64,000 nucleotides of DNA from Candidatus Eiseniibacteriota bacterium (GTDB lineage Bacteria > Eisenbacteria > RBG-16-71-46 > CAZAMP01): NCBI GenBank assembly GCA_965224245.1, contig OZ245046.1, positions 6,016,001 to 6,080,000 on the forward strand. The letters are read 5' to 3'. The stretch's first letter is position 1. Each line of letters opens with the position of its first letter. The notes beneath the pieces are model-generated. The model made no database searches. It had not been told where the DNA came from and saw nothing but the letters and a program-made list of their open reading frames with translations. The position numbers and the translations under genes were made by a program. Below are positions 51,435 through 60,538 of this stretch, in pieces.

Positions 51435-52346
51435 TTGAGTCACGTAACTGACAATCAGTCCCCATCGCGTACGGCGTCCACGGGCCCGCACGGCGGTGGC
51501 GGCGGCGGTGGCGGCGGACGTGGACCCGGCGGTGGTGGACGAGGCCCCGGTGGCCCCGGCGGTTCCGGTGGACGTGGCCCGGGTGGCGCGGGTGGCCCCG
51601 GTGGACGCGGCCCGGGTGGCCCCGGCGGACGAGGCCCGGGTGGCCCCGGCGGTCGAGGCCCGGGTGGCCCCGGCGGACGCGGCCCCGGCGGCCCCGGCGG
51701 ACGGGGGCCCGGCGGCCCCGGCGGACGGGGTGGCCCCGGCGGACGGGGCGGTCCCGGCGGACGCGGCGGCCCCGGTGGACGCGGTCGCGACGGACGCGGC
51801 GGACCGCGGCGCGGACGTCGTGACGAGCGCGGACCCGAGAGCGATCTCGTCGAACGCGTGATTCAGGTCAACCGCGTGGCGAAGGTCGTCAAGGGCGGCC
51901 GGCGGTTCGGCTTCAACGCGATCGTGGCCGTGGGCAACCAGAAGGGCAAGGTCGGCGTGGGTCTGGGCAAGGCGAACGAGGTCGCCGAGGCGATCTCCAA
52001 GGCCACCGAGTCCGCGCGCAAGGGCATGTTCGACGTGCCCCTGGTGAAGGGATCGATCCCGCACGAGACGATCGGTCGCTACGGAGCCGGGCGCGTGCTG
52101 ATGAAGCCGGCGTCCGCGGGTACCGGCGTGATCGCCGGCGCGGGGGTGCGGATGGTTCTCGAGGCGGCGGGGGTGCAGGACATCCTCACCAAGAGCCTCG
52201 GCAGCGCGAACTCTCACAACATGGTCAAGGCCACCGTCGTCGCGCTCCGGTCGCTGATGACGTCGGCCGACGTGGCGAAGCGCCGCGGGGTGACCGTGCC
52301 GAAGCTGTTCGGGATCCGGAAGGGCGCAGATGGCGAAGAAGCTTAA
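51435..52346 (+). CDS. rpsE: 30S ribosomal protein S5 with long Gly/Pro/Arg N-terminal extension
   Basis: Core [27 protein letters not shown] start 6 nt after GGAGG. Confidence 0.96.
   Translation: MSHVTDNQSPSRTASTGPHGGGGGGGGGRGPGGGGRGPGGPGGSGGRGPGGAGGPGGRGPGGPGGRGPGGPGGRGPGGPGGRGPGGPGGRGPGGPGGRGGPGGRGGPGGRGGPGGRGRDGRGGPRRGRRDERGPESDLVERVIQVNRVAKVVKGGRRFGFNAIVAVGNQKGKVGVGLGKANEVAEAISKATESARKGMFDVPLVKGSIPHETIGRYGAGRVLMKPASAGTGVIAGAGVRMVLEAAGVQDILTKSLGSANSHNMVKATVVALRSLMTSADVAKRRGVTVPKLFGIRKGADGEEA
51493..51800 (+). repeat. In-frame 24-nt/18-nt tandem repeats encoding (RGPGGPGG)5(RGGPGG)3 within rpsE
   Basis: Units read directly from the sequence; they differ only at synonymous positions. Confidence 0.9.
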
Positions 52347-52521
52347 GATCACGCAGATCCGAAGCGCGATCGGTCGCAAGCAGAACCAGAAGGACACCAT
52401 TCGCGCGCTCGGCATCCGACGGATGCACCAGACGGTCGTGCACAACGACACGCCTCAGATCCGGGGCATGGTGAACACCGTGTCGCACCTCGTGAACGTG
52501 GAAGAGGCCGATCATGACTAA
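52330..52521 (+). CDS. rpmD: 50S ribosomal protein L30
   Basis: [22 protein letters not shown]. Confidence 0.96.
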   Translation: MAKKLKITQIRSAIGRKQNQKDTIRALGIRRMHQTVVHNDTPQIRGMVNTVSHLVNVEEADHD

Positions 52522-52990
52522 GCTGTCGAACCTGAAGCCCGCCAAGGGCTCGACGCACCGGCGCAAGCGCGTCGGAATCGGACCGAGCTCGGGGCACGGC
52601 GGGACCAGCGGCCGCGGGCACAAGGGCCAGAACTCGCGCTCCGGCGGCGGCGTCCCCACGTGGTTCGAGGGCGGCCAGATGCCCCTGATCCGCCGCATCC
52701 CCAAGCGTGGGTTCATCAACCACTTCCGGACCGAGTACCAGGTCGTGAACCTCCGGGACCTGACCCGTTTCGAGGCGGGCACGACGGTCGATCGCGACGC
52801 GCTGGTCGGCGCCGGGCTCGTCCGCGCACGCGGCGGACCGGTCAAGGTTCTCGCCAGCGGCGAGCTCGGGCACGCGCTCACCGTGAAGGTCGATGCGGCG
52901 TCGGGACAGGCGCGCACGAAGATCGAGGCGGCCGGGGGAACCCTCGAGGTCGTCGTGAAGGCGCGCGAGGGCGCCCCGCGGAAGGGATGA
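52514..52990 (+). CDS. rplO: 50S ribosomal protein L15
   Basis: [28 protein letters not shown]. Confidence 0.98.
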   Translation: MTKLSNLKPAKGSTHRRKRVGIGPSSGHGGTSGRGHKGQNSRSGGGVPTWFEGGQMPLIRRIPKRGFINHFRTEYQVVNLRDLTRFEAGTTVDRDALVGAGLVRARGGPVKVLASGELGHALTVKVDAASGQARTKIEAAGGTLEVVVKAREGAPRKG

Positions 52991-52997
52991 TCGTCTC

Positions 52998-54347
52998 ATG
53001 AAGCTCGTCGAAAACTTCCGCTCGATGATGGCGATCCCGGAGCTGAAGCGGCGCCTCGCGTTCACGGCTCTGGTGCTGTTCATCTACCGCATCGGAAGCC
53101 ACGTCCCGACGCCGGGCATCAACGGGCGCGCGCTGTCGGCCTACATGGACGCGATCGCGGCCTCGGGCGGCCAGACGCTCTTTGGCCTGTACGACCTGTT
53201 CGTGGGCGGGAACTTCTCGAACGCGACCATCTTCGCGCTCGGGATCATGCCGTACATCTCCGCGTCCATCATCCTGCAGCTGCTCGGGGCGCTGGTCCCG
53301 TACTTCCAGCGTCTCCAGAAGGAGGGCGAGGAAGGACGCCGGCGGATCAACCAGATCACGCGATACGGCACGGTCGGGCTGTCGCTGATCCAGTCGGCGG
53401 CGCTGAGCGGCTATCTGGTGAGCTTGAACACGCGCGTGCTCGAGGTGGCCGGAAACGTGGGACAGATCGTCCCCAATCCGGGCCTCGACTTCACGCTCCT
53501 GACCATGCTCACCCTCACGACGGGCACGGTCTTCGTGATGTGGCTCGGCGAGCAGATCACCGAGCGCGGCATCGGAAACGGCATCTCGCTGATCATCTTC
53601 ATCGGCATCGTGGCCCAGTATCTGGGTGACATGATCCGCACGGCGCAGGGCGTGATCAACGATCAGATCGATCCCTTCCTGTTGCTCGTGTTCGGCGTGG
53701 TGGCGGTCGGCATCATCGCCCTCGTGGTGGCCATGACGCAGGCCCAGCGGAAGATCCCGGTGCAGTACGCGCAGCGACGCGTGGGGGCCAAGCTCTACCG
53801 GGGCGGCAGCACGAGCATCCCGCTCCGGCCGAACACCGCGGGCGTGATCCCGATCATCTTCGCCCAGTCGATCATGATCTTCCCGGCCACGATCGCGGCG
53901 TTCTTCCCGAACTCCGAGTTCATGACCCGGTTCCAGGCCGTCATGAGTCCGGGACAGGTCGTGTACTCGGTGGTGTACGCGGCCATCATTCTGTTCTTCG
54001 CGTACTTCTACACCGCGATCGTGCTGAACCCGGTGGATCTGGCGGACAACCTGAAGAAGCAGGGCGGGTTCATCCCCGGCATCCGTCCGGGCAAGAAGAC
54101 CGCCCAGTACATCGACCGGATCCTGACTCGCATCACGCTGCCCGGCGCGGTCTACCTCGCGTTCGTCGCCGTCCTGCCCGACTGGATCCTGTCGCGCACG
54201 AACTTCCCGTTCTACTTCGGTGGGACGGGGCTCCTGATCGTGGTCGGCGTCGCGCTCGACACGCTGTCGCAGATCGAGTCGCACCTCCTGATGCGCCACT
54301 ACGAAGGGTTCATGAAGAAGGGTCGGGTCAAGGCCCGGCGCGCGTAG
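52998..54347 (+). CDS. secY: Preprotein translocase subunit SecY
   Basis: IFALGIMPYISASII, WLGEQITERGIGNGISL, FIPGIRPG. Confidence 0.99.
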   Translation: MKLVENFRSMMAIPELKRRLAFTALVLFIYRIGSHVPTPGINGRALSAYMDAIAASGGQTLFGLYDLFVGGNFSNATIFALGIMPYISASIILQLLGALVPYFQRLQKEGEEGRRRINQITRYGTVGLSLIQSAALSGYLVSLNTRVLEVAGNVGQIVPNPGLDFTLLTMLTLTTGTVFVMWLGEQITERGIGNGISLIIFIGIVAQYLGDMIRTAQGVINDQIDPFLLLVFGVVAVGIIALVVAMTQAQRKIPVQYAQRRVGAKLYRGGSTSIPLRPNTAGVIPIIFAQSIMIFPATIAAFFPNSEFMTRFQAVMSPGQVVYSVVYAAIILFFAYFYTAIVLNPVDLADNLKKQGGFIPGIRPGKKTAQYIDRILTRITLPGAVYLAFVAVLPDWILSRTNFPFYFGGTGLLIVVGVALDTLSQIESHLLMRHYEGFMKKGRVKARRA

Positions 54348-54361
54348 CGAGGGATGCGATC

Positions 54362-55033
54362 GTGGCCGGGTCACCGATCGTGCTCATTCTGTTCGGGCCC
54401 CCCGGGTGCGGCAAGGGCACACAGGGGGCGCGACTGAGCCGGGCCAAGGGGATTCCGTCGATCTCGACGGGCGACATCCTTCGCCAGGCGGTTCGAAACG
54501 AGACGCCGCTGGGGCGCGAGGCCAGGCGGTTCATGGACGCCGGGCAGCTGGTGCCCGACGACGTCATGTTGAAGCTGATCGGCGAGCGGCTCGGCGAGCC
54601 GGACGTCGGGGACGGGTTCATGCTGGACGGCTTCCCGCGCACCGTCGTCCAGGCCGACGGGCTGGAAGAGGTCCTGTCGGGGAAGGGGTTCGAGATCTCG
54701 AGGGTGGCCAACATCCGGGTGCCGAGGGCCCGTCTCATCGAGCGGCTCACGGCCCGGCGGATCTGCACGGCCTGCGGGGCGACGTTCAACACGACGTTCC
54801 TCCCGCCGCCGCCGGACGGTACATGTGCCGATCCTGCAACGAGTTGCAAGGGTGAGCACGTCGTCCAGCGGGCGGACGACCGGGCCGAGACCGTCGAGGC
54901 CCGGCTGGACGTCTACGAGCAGAGCACGGCGCCCCTGATCGCGTACTACCGCGAGCGCGGCCTGCTCACCGACGTGGACGGCGACTCGGACCCGGATACG
55001 GTGTTCGACCGGCTGATGGCGGTGGTGGCGTGA
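54362..55033 (+). CDS. adk: Adenylate kinase (long LID with Cys ligands)
   Basis: GPPGCGKGTQ, STGDILR, LDGFPRT, CTAC...CADPATSC, RADD. Confidence 0.97.
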   Translation: MAGSPIVLILFGPPGCGKGTQGARLSRAKGIPSISTGDILRQAVRNETPLGREARRFMDAGQLVPDDVMLKLIGERLGEPDVGDGFMLDGFPRTVVQADGLEEVLSGKGFEISRVANIRVPRARLIERLTARRICTACGATFNTTFLPPPPDGTCADPATSCKGEHVVQRADDRAETVEARLDVYEQSTAPLIAYYRERGLLTDVDGDSDPDTVFDRLMAVVA

Positions 55034-55818
55034 TCATCATCAAGACCCCCGAGGAGATCGAGGGGATCCGCGCCGCCTGCCGGGTGGTCGCGGGGGCGCT
55101 CGGCGAGGCCCAGAAAATGATGAATCCGGGGGTGACTACCGGCGAGATCGATAATAAAATCGAGCGCTTCATTCGCGACGCGGGTGGCATTCCGGCCTTC
55201 CTCGGCTACCAGGGGTTCTCGGGAAGTACGTGCATCTCGATCAACGACGAGGTCGTGCACGGGATCCCGACGCCCGAACGGCGCCTCGAGAACGGCGACG
55301 TCGTGGGCGTGGACATCGGGGTGAAGCTGAACGGCTTCTTCGGCGACTCGGCCCGGACGTTCGGGGTGGGCGAGATCTCCGAGGAGCTCCAGCACCTGCT
55401 CCGGGTCACACGCGAGTCGCTGGAGGCGGGCGTCGAGGAGGCGCGGCCGGGCAACCGGGTCGGCAACATCTCGGCGGCCGTCCAGGAGCGGGCCGAGGCC
55501 GGGGGGCTGGCCATCGTGCGCACGCTGGTCGGACACGGGGTCGGCAAGCACCTCCACGAGGATCCGGCCATCCCGAACTTCGGCAGGAAGGGCGACGGAC
55601 CCAGGCTCGAGCCGGGCATGGTCGTCGCGATCGAGCCGATGCTGAACCTCGGCACCGAAGAGGTGAAGACGCTTTCGGACGGCTGGACGATCGTGACCGC
55701 GGACGGCAAGTGCTCGGCGCACTTCGAGCACACGGTGGCCATCCTGGAGAGCGGTCCCGAGCGGCTGACCGAGATGGAGTCCGAGACGAACGCGCGCCCC
55801 GGCGCGCGGCAACGATGA
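55030..55818 (+). CDS. map: Methionine aminopeptidase type I
   Basis: VVHGIP, GDSART, GHGVG..LHEDP, AIEPM, SAHFEHT. Confidence 0.98.
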   Translation: MIIIKTPEEIEGIRAACRVVAGALGEAQKMMNPGVTTGEIDNKIERFIRDAGGIPAFLGYQGFSGSTCISINDEVVHGIPTPERRLENGDVVGVDIGVKLNGFFGDSARTFGVGEISEELQHLLRVTRESLEAGVEEARPGNRVGNISAAVQERAEAGGLAIVRTLVGHGVGKHLHEDPAIPNFGRKGDGPRLEPGMVVAIEPMLNLGTEEVKTLSDGWTIVTADGKCSAHFEHTVAILESGPERLTEMESETNARPGARQR

Positions 55819-55838
55819 ATCTGAGTAGAGGGTAGGGC

Positions 55839-56057
55839 TTGGCGAAGCAGCAAGGCATCCAGCTGGAAGGCACGGTCACCGAGACCCTGCCGAACGCGAT
55901 GTTCCGGGTCGAGTTGTCCAACGAGCACACGATCCTGGCCCACGTGTCCGGGAAGATGCGCATGCACTTCATCCGGATACTGCCGGGCGATCGCGTCACG
56001 GTCGAGCTGTCGCCTTACGATCTGACCCGAGGTCGGATCGTCTATCGATTCAAATAG
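55839..56057 (+). CDS. infA: Translation initiation factor IF-1
   Basis: [23 protein letters not shown]. Confidence 0.98.
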   Translation: MAKQQGIQLEGTVTETLPNAMFRVELSNEHTILAHVSGKMRMHFIRILPGDRVTVELSPYDLTRGRIVYRFK

Positions 56058-56177
56058 ACGAGCCCCATCCCGCGGGAGCGGGACGGCACGCCACCGACCG
56101 GATCCGACGAAGGAGCCGGGCGTCACGTGTCGGGGCGCCACGGCGTCCCCTGGACGCGTCCGGGGAGGGACGAGGCA

Positions 56178-56294
56178 ATGAAGGTCAAGGCTTCGGTAAA
56201 ACGAGTCTGCGAGTACTGCAAGATCGTGCGTCGGCGTGGCGTCGTACGCGTGATCTGCTCGCGCAACCCGCGACACAAGCAGCGTCAGGGCTAG
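56178..56294 (+). CDS. rpmJ: 50S ribosomal protein L36 (not in the ORF track, 38 aa)
   Basis: Manual translation [38 protein letters not shown]. Confidence 0.97.
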   Translation: MKVKASVKRVCEYCKIVRRRGVVRVICSRNPRHKQRQG

Positions 56295-56363
56295 TCGATC
56301 CCGTCGGGAGCCGGCGACCGCCGTCGCCGCCCCGGGATCGGACGAGTCTGAAGGAGGTAATTG

Positions 56364-56738
56364 GTGGCGCGAATCGCCGGTGTCGATCTTCCGAACGCGA
56401 AGCGGGTCGAGGTCGCTCTCACGTACATCTACGGGATTGGACACACGTCGTCCTCTCGGATCCTCTCCACCACGGGTGTCGACCCGGACAAGCGGGTGAA
56501 GGATCTGACCGAGGAGGAGAGCAGCCGACTCCGCAACGAGATCGAGAAGAACTACCGCGTCGAGGGTACGCTCCGGGCAGAGATCCAGATGAACATCAAG
56601 CGTCTGAAGGACATCAACTGCTACCGGGGTCTCCGACATCGCCGGAATCTTCCGGCACGCGGTCAGCGTACGAAGACGAACGCGCGCACCCGCAAGGGAC
56701 CGAAGAAGGGTGCGATCGCTCTGAAGAAGAAGGCGTAG
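56364..56738 (+). CDS. rpsM: 30S ribosomal protein S13
   Basis: [30 protein letters not shown]. Confidence 0.98.
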   Translation: MARIAGVDLPNAKRVEVALTYIYGIGHTSSSRILSTTGVDPDKRVKDLTEEESSRLRNEIEKNYRVEGTLRAEIQMNIKRLKDINCYRGLRHRRNLPARGQRTKTNARTRKGPKKGAIALKKKA

Positions 56739-56875
56739 CCCGGGACTCCATCTCGAGCACGCTGGTTCGTCTCGGCCGACCGTCCGAACAACACGTGTGA
56801 CGTCGCGAACCACCGCGCGTTCACACCGCCGAACACTGCGTAAACCGCCCAGACGGAGCGGGAGGAAGCAAGAAC

Positions 56876-57268
56876 GTGGCAAAAGACAAGAAAGGCGCGC
56901 GCCGGAAAAAGGACAAGAAGGCTCCTCCGGCAGGCGTCGTGCACATCCAGGCGACCTTCAACAACACGATCGTGACGATCACCGACACGGCCGGGGCCAC
57001 CGTGTCCTGGGCGAGCGCGGGCATGGTCGGCTTCAAGGGCTCGCGCAAGAGCACGCCCTTCGCGGCGCAGCTGGCCGCGGACAAGGCCGCCAAGGAGGCG
57101 CTGGCCGTCGGCATGCGTCAGGTCGAGGTCTGGGTCAAGGGTCCGGGCTCGGGCCGAGAGGCGTCGGTGCGCTCCATTCAGGCGGCCGGCCTCAACATCA
57201 CGTCCATCCGCGACGTGACCCCCATCCCCCACAACGGTTGCCGCCCGCCCAAGCGGCGACGGGTCTAA
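56876..57268 (+). CDS. rpsK: 30S ribosomal protein S11
   Basis: [30 protein letters not shown]. Confidence 0.99.
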   Translation: MAKDKKGARRKKDKKAPPAGVVHIQATFNNTIVTITDTAGATVSWASAGMVGFKGSRKSTPFAAQLAADKAAKEALAVGMRQVEVWVKGPGSGREASVRSIQAAGLNITSIRDVTPIPHNGCRPPKRRRV

Positions 57269-57283
57269 GGGGGGATACCGACC

Positions 57284-57910
57284 ATGGCACGTCATACCGA
57301 TCCCGTGTGCAAGCTCTGCCGCCGGGAGGGCACGAAGCTCTTCCTGAAGGGGCAGCGGTGCTACTCGCAGAAGTGCGCGATCGAGACCCGCAACTACGCT
57401 CCCGGCGAGCACGGCCGGGACCGCCGTCGCAAGGTATCCACCTTCGGCACGCAGCTGCGTGAGAAGCAGAAGATCCGCCGCATGTACGGCATGATGGAGA
57501 AGCAGTTCCACTCGTACTACCAGCGAGCCGACCGCGCCAAGGGCGTGACCGGCGAAGTGCTGATGCAGCTCCTGGAGCTCCGTCTCGACAACCTCGTCTA
57601 TCGCATGGGGTTCGCCCCCTCGCGGGCGTCGGCGCGACAGCTCACCCGGCACGGGCACTTCACCGTCAACGGCCGCGTCGTGGACATCCCGTCGTTCCAC
57701 TGTCGAGCGGGCGACGTCATCCAGGTCCGCGACAAGAGTCGCAAGCTCCAGATCATCTCCGACTCGCTCGAGGGACGGCGCAGCGCCGATCTCGAGTGGT
57801 TCACCACGAACGAGAAATCGTTCGAGGGACGCATCCTGAGCATTCCTCGACGAGATCAGATCCCGGCTCCCGTGCAAGAGCAGTTGGTCGTCGAGCTCTA
57901 CTCGAAGTAG
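57284..57910 (+). CDS. rpsD: 30S ribosomal protein S4 (Cys-containing form)
   Basis: CKLCRREG, LREKQK, LELRLDN, VELYSK. Confidence 0.98.
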   Translation: MARHTDPVCKLCRREGTKLFLKGQRCYSQKCAIETRNYAPGEHGRDRRRKVSTFGTQLREKQKIRRMYGMMEKQFHSYYQRADRAKGVTGEVLMQLLELRLDNLVYRMGFAPSRASARQLTRHGHFTVNGRVVDIPSFHCRAGDVIQVRDKSRKLQIISDSLEGRRSADLEWFTTNEKSFEGRILSIPRRDQIPAPVQEQLVVELYSK

Positions 57911-57972
57911 CCCTTCCCGTGTCCATGGCCGCGCTGGCGCGCGAGCGGGACACACCAAGGAGGATGCCGTTT

Positions 57973-59019
57973 ATGAAGTGGAAGAACCTCCAGATGCCGA
58001 AGCGCATCCAGCAGATCGCCGAGGACGAGGCCAACAACTACGGTTGCTTCGTCATCGAGCCGCTGGAGCGTGGCTTCGGGGAGACGCTGGGGAACGCCAT
58101 TCGTCGAGTGCTGCTCTCGTCGTTGCAGGGCGCGGCGATCTCCGCGGTTCGCATCGACGGCGCGCTCCACGAGTTCTCCACGCTTCCGGGCGTTCTGGAA
58201 GACGTCTCCCAGATCATCCTGAACCTGAAGCAGGTGCGGCTGAAGCACCACGGGGACGGTGAGCGCAAGGGCTACATCCGGGTCGAGGGCGAGCGGACGG
58301 TGACCGCCGCCGACCTCGAGCTTCCGGCCGACGTCGAGGTGCTGAACCCCGAACAGCACATCGCCACGCTCAACCGCGAGGGTCGGCTCGAGCTGGAGGC
58401 GGAGATCACGCCGGGCCGCGGCTACGTCTCGGCCGACCAGCACCTGGGCACCGACCGCCCGATCGGCGTGATCCCGATCGACTCGCTGTTCTCGCCGGTC
58501 CCGCGCGTGAACTTCGAGGTTGAGCGCATGCGCATCGGTCAGCGGATCGACTACGACAAGCTGATGGTCCACATCTGGACCGACGGCAGCATCGTGGCGC
58601 AGGACGCGCTCTCGATGGCGTCGAAGATCCTCCGCGATCACTTCGCGCTCCTCATCAACTTCGAGGACGACTTCGACGAGGAGCCGCTGGAGGAGGTCGA
58701 CGAGGAGAAGTCGCGTCTGCGCGCGCTTCTGATGAAGAGCGTGGACGAGCTCGAGCTCTCCGTGCGCTCGTCGAACTGCCTTCGCGCGGCGAAGGTCCGC
58801 ACGATCGCGGACCTCGTCCAGAAGGGCGAGCAGGAGATGCTCAAGCAGCGCAACTTCGGACGCAAGTCGCTCAAGGAGATCGAGGACATCCTGGGCGACA
58901 TGGGTCTTCATTTCGGAATGGACGTGTCCGACATCATCAGCGGCATGCCGATGGGTCCGTCGTCCAGTTCGACGGGCAACGACACCGAGCCGGTCACGGC
59001 CGACGCGTCGATCGACTAG
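57973..59019 (+). CDS. rpoA: RNA polymerase alpha subunit
   Basis: [49 protein letters not shown]. Confidence 0.98.
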   Translation: MKWKNLQMPKRIQQIAEDEANNYGCFVIEPLERGFGETLGNAIRRVLLSSLQGAAISAVRIDGALHEFSTLPGVLEDVSQIILNLKQVRLKHHGDGERKGYIRVEGERTVTAADLELPADVEVLNPEQHIATLNREGRLELEAEITPGRGYVSADQHLGTDRPIGVIPIDSLFSPVPRVNFEVERMRIGQRIDYDKLMVHIWTDGSIVAQDALSMASKILRDHFALLINFEDDFDEEPLEEVDEEKSRLRALLMKSVDELELSVRSSNCLRAAKVRTIADLVQKGEQEMLKQRNFGRKSLKEIEDILGDMGLHFGMDVSDIISGMPMGPSSSSTGNDTEPVTADASID

Positions 59020-59046
59020 CGCCGACCGCGGAAAAGGAATCGAGTC

Positions 59047-59577
59047 ATGCGACACAGGCGACAGGGCCGCCAGCTCAGCCGTACCGCGAGCCACCGGCGC
59101 GCCATGCTTCGCAACATGGTCACCTCGCTCTTCGAGCACGAGCGAATCACGACGACGGTGCCGAAGGCACGCGAGGCCCGTCGTGTGGCCGAGAAGCTCA
59201 TCACCCGCGCCAAGCGCGGCGACCTGCACGCCCGCCGTCAGGCGGCGAGCTACCTCCGGAGCGACGCCGTCGTCCGGAAGCTCTTCGAGACGATCGCGCC
59301 CTGGTACGCCGAGCGGCCGGGCGGCTACACCCGCATCGTCAAGCTGGGCAACCGGCAGGGCGACGGCGGCGAGATCGGCATCCTGGAGCTGGTCAAGACC
59401 GGCGAGCTGGCCGAGGCCGACATCAAGGCCCGCGCCGATCGCGCCGAGGCCCGTGCCGAGCGCCGCGCCACGCGCGCGCGTGAGAAGGCCGAGGCCGCCG
59501 CGGCGGCGGCCAGCGCGGCCGGGATGCCGGCCGACGACGAGGACGACGACGACGAGGATGACGACAAGGACAAGTAG
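59047..59577 (+). CDS. rplQ: 50S ribosomal protein L17 with Ala/Arg helix and acidic tail
   Basis: [23 protein letters not shown]. Confidence 0.98.
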   Translation: MRHRRQGRQLSRTASHRRAMLRNMVTSLFEHERITTTVPKAREARRVAEKLITRAKRGDLHARRQAASYLRSDAVVRKLFETIAPWYAERPGGYTRIVKLGNRQGDGGEIGILELVKTGELAEADIKARADRAEARAERRATRAREKAEAAAAAASAAGMPADDEDDDDEDDDKDK

Positions 59578-59621
59578 TCCGCGATCGTCCATCGTCGCCG
59601 AGATCCGTGGAACGCAGTTCG

Positions 59622-59662
59622 AGAGGCCGATCCTCCGAGAAGGAGGGTCGGCCTCTTCTCGT
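59622..59662 (+). terminator. Probable terminator of the alpha operon
   Basis: 15-bp stem AGAGGCCGATCCTCC/GGAGGGTCGGCCTCT (one G-U), 5-nt loop, short pyrimidine tail. Confidence 0.65.
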
Positions 59663-59832
59663 GGTCCATCCCGGCTTCCCGGGATATCGACCTGGACGAG
59701 CGAGCCTCCGGCACTCCCGCATGACGCGCATGATCGCCCCCCGTGGCATGGACGTCCTCGCCCTGGTGACGCTCATGACTCCTCGTGACACTCGTGGCGT
59801 GCGGCACGGTGCCGCGCCCCGGTGCAACCCCG

Positions 59833-59985
59833 GTGACCCAGGCGATCGTGTGACCCAGGCGATCGTGTGACCCCGGCGATCGTGTGACCCCGGCGATCGT
59901 GTGACCCAGGCGATCGTGTGACCCCGGCGATCGTGTGACCCCGGCGATCGTGTGACCCAGGCGATCGTGTGACCCCGGTGATCGC
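59833..59985. repeat. Tandem array of 17-bp units GTGACCC[A/C]GGCGATCGT (8 near-perfect + 1 degenerate)
   Basis: Units start at 59833 and every 17 nt through 59969. Confidence 0.95.
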
Positions 59986-60110
59986 GTGACCCTGGTGCCC
60001 TGGCGATCCGGTAACCCAGGACCCGCGTGATCCGGTGACCGGCGCGACCGCGCGACCCCGTGACCCGCGCGACCCCCTGACCCGCGCGACCCGGCGACCC
60101 CGTGCCCCGC

Positions 60111-60278
60111 GTGACCCGGTGATCCCGTGCCCCGCGTGACCCGGTGATCCCGTGCCCCGCGTGACCCGGTGATCCCGTGCCCCGCGTGACCCGGTGCCCC
60201 GCGTGACCCGGTGCCCCGCGCGACCCGGTGCCCCGCGTGACCCGGTGATCCCGTACCCCACGTGACCCGGTGCCCCGT
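60111..60278. repeat. Tandem array of 25-bp (GTGACCCGGTGATCCCGTGCCCCGC) and 17-bp (GTGACCCGGTGCCCCGC) units
   Basis: Order 25,25,25,17,17,17,25,17, built from an 8-9-bp GTGACCC-type monomer. Confidence 0.9.
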
Positions 60279-60538
60279 GCGGCCCAGGGACCCGCGCGAT
60301 CCGGTGACCCAGGCGACGCCGTGACCCTCGGGCCATCATGTCAGCTCGTGACGGTGGTGAACCTCTCGGCGCGCGTGACCCTCGTGGTCCGGACGATGCC
60401 CGTCGCCCGGTTGATGCCGACGAAGCCCGTCGCCCGTTCGCGTCCCCGACAGGTTCGCGTCCCCGCCAGGTTCGCGCACGCGGGAGACGGCTCGCTCACC
60501 CGGCGCACGGGCTCGTTCGGTCGCTCGACGACTCGCTG

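Noticed and set aside
59833-60330. CRISPR array
   Set aside because: Units are head-to-tail with no unique spacers, and no cas genes are present in the window
59773-60339. 188-aa minus-strand ORF
   Set aside because: It is a translation of the 17/25-bp repeats, with no protein-like features
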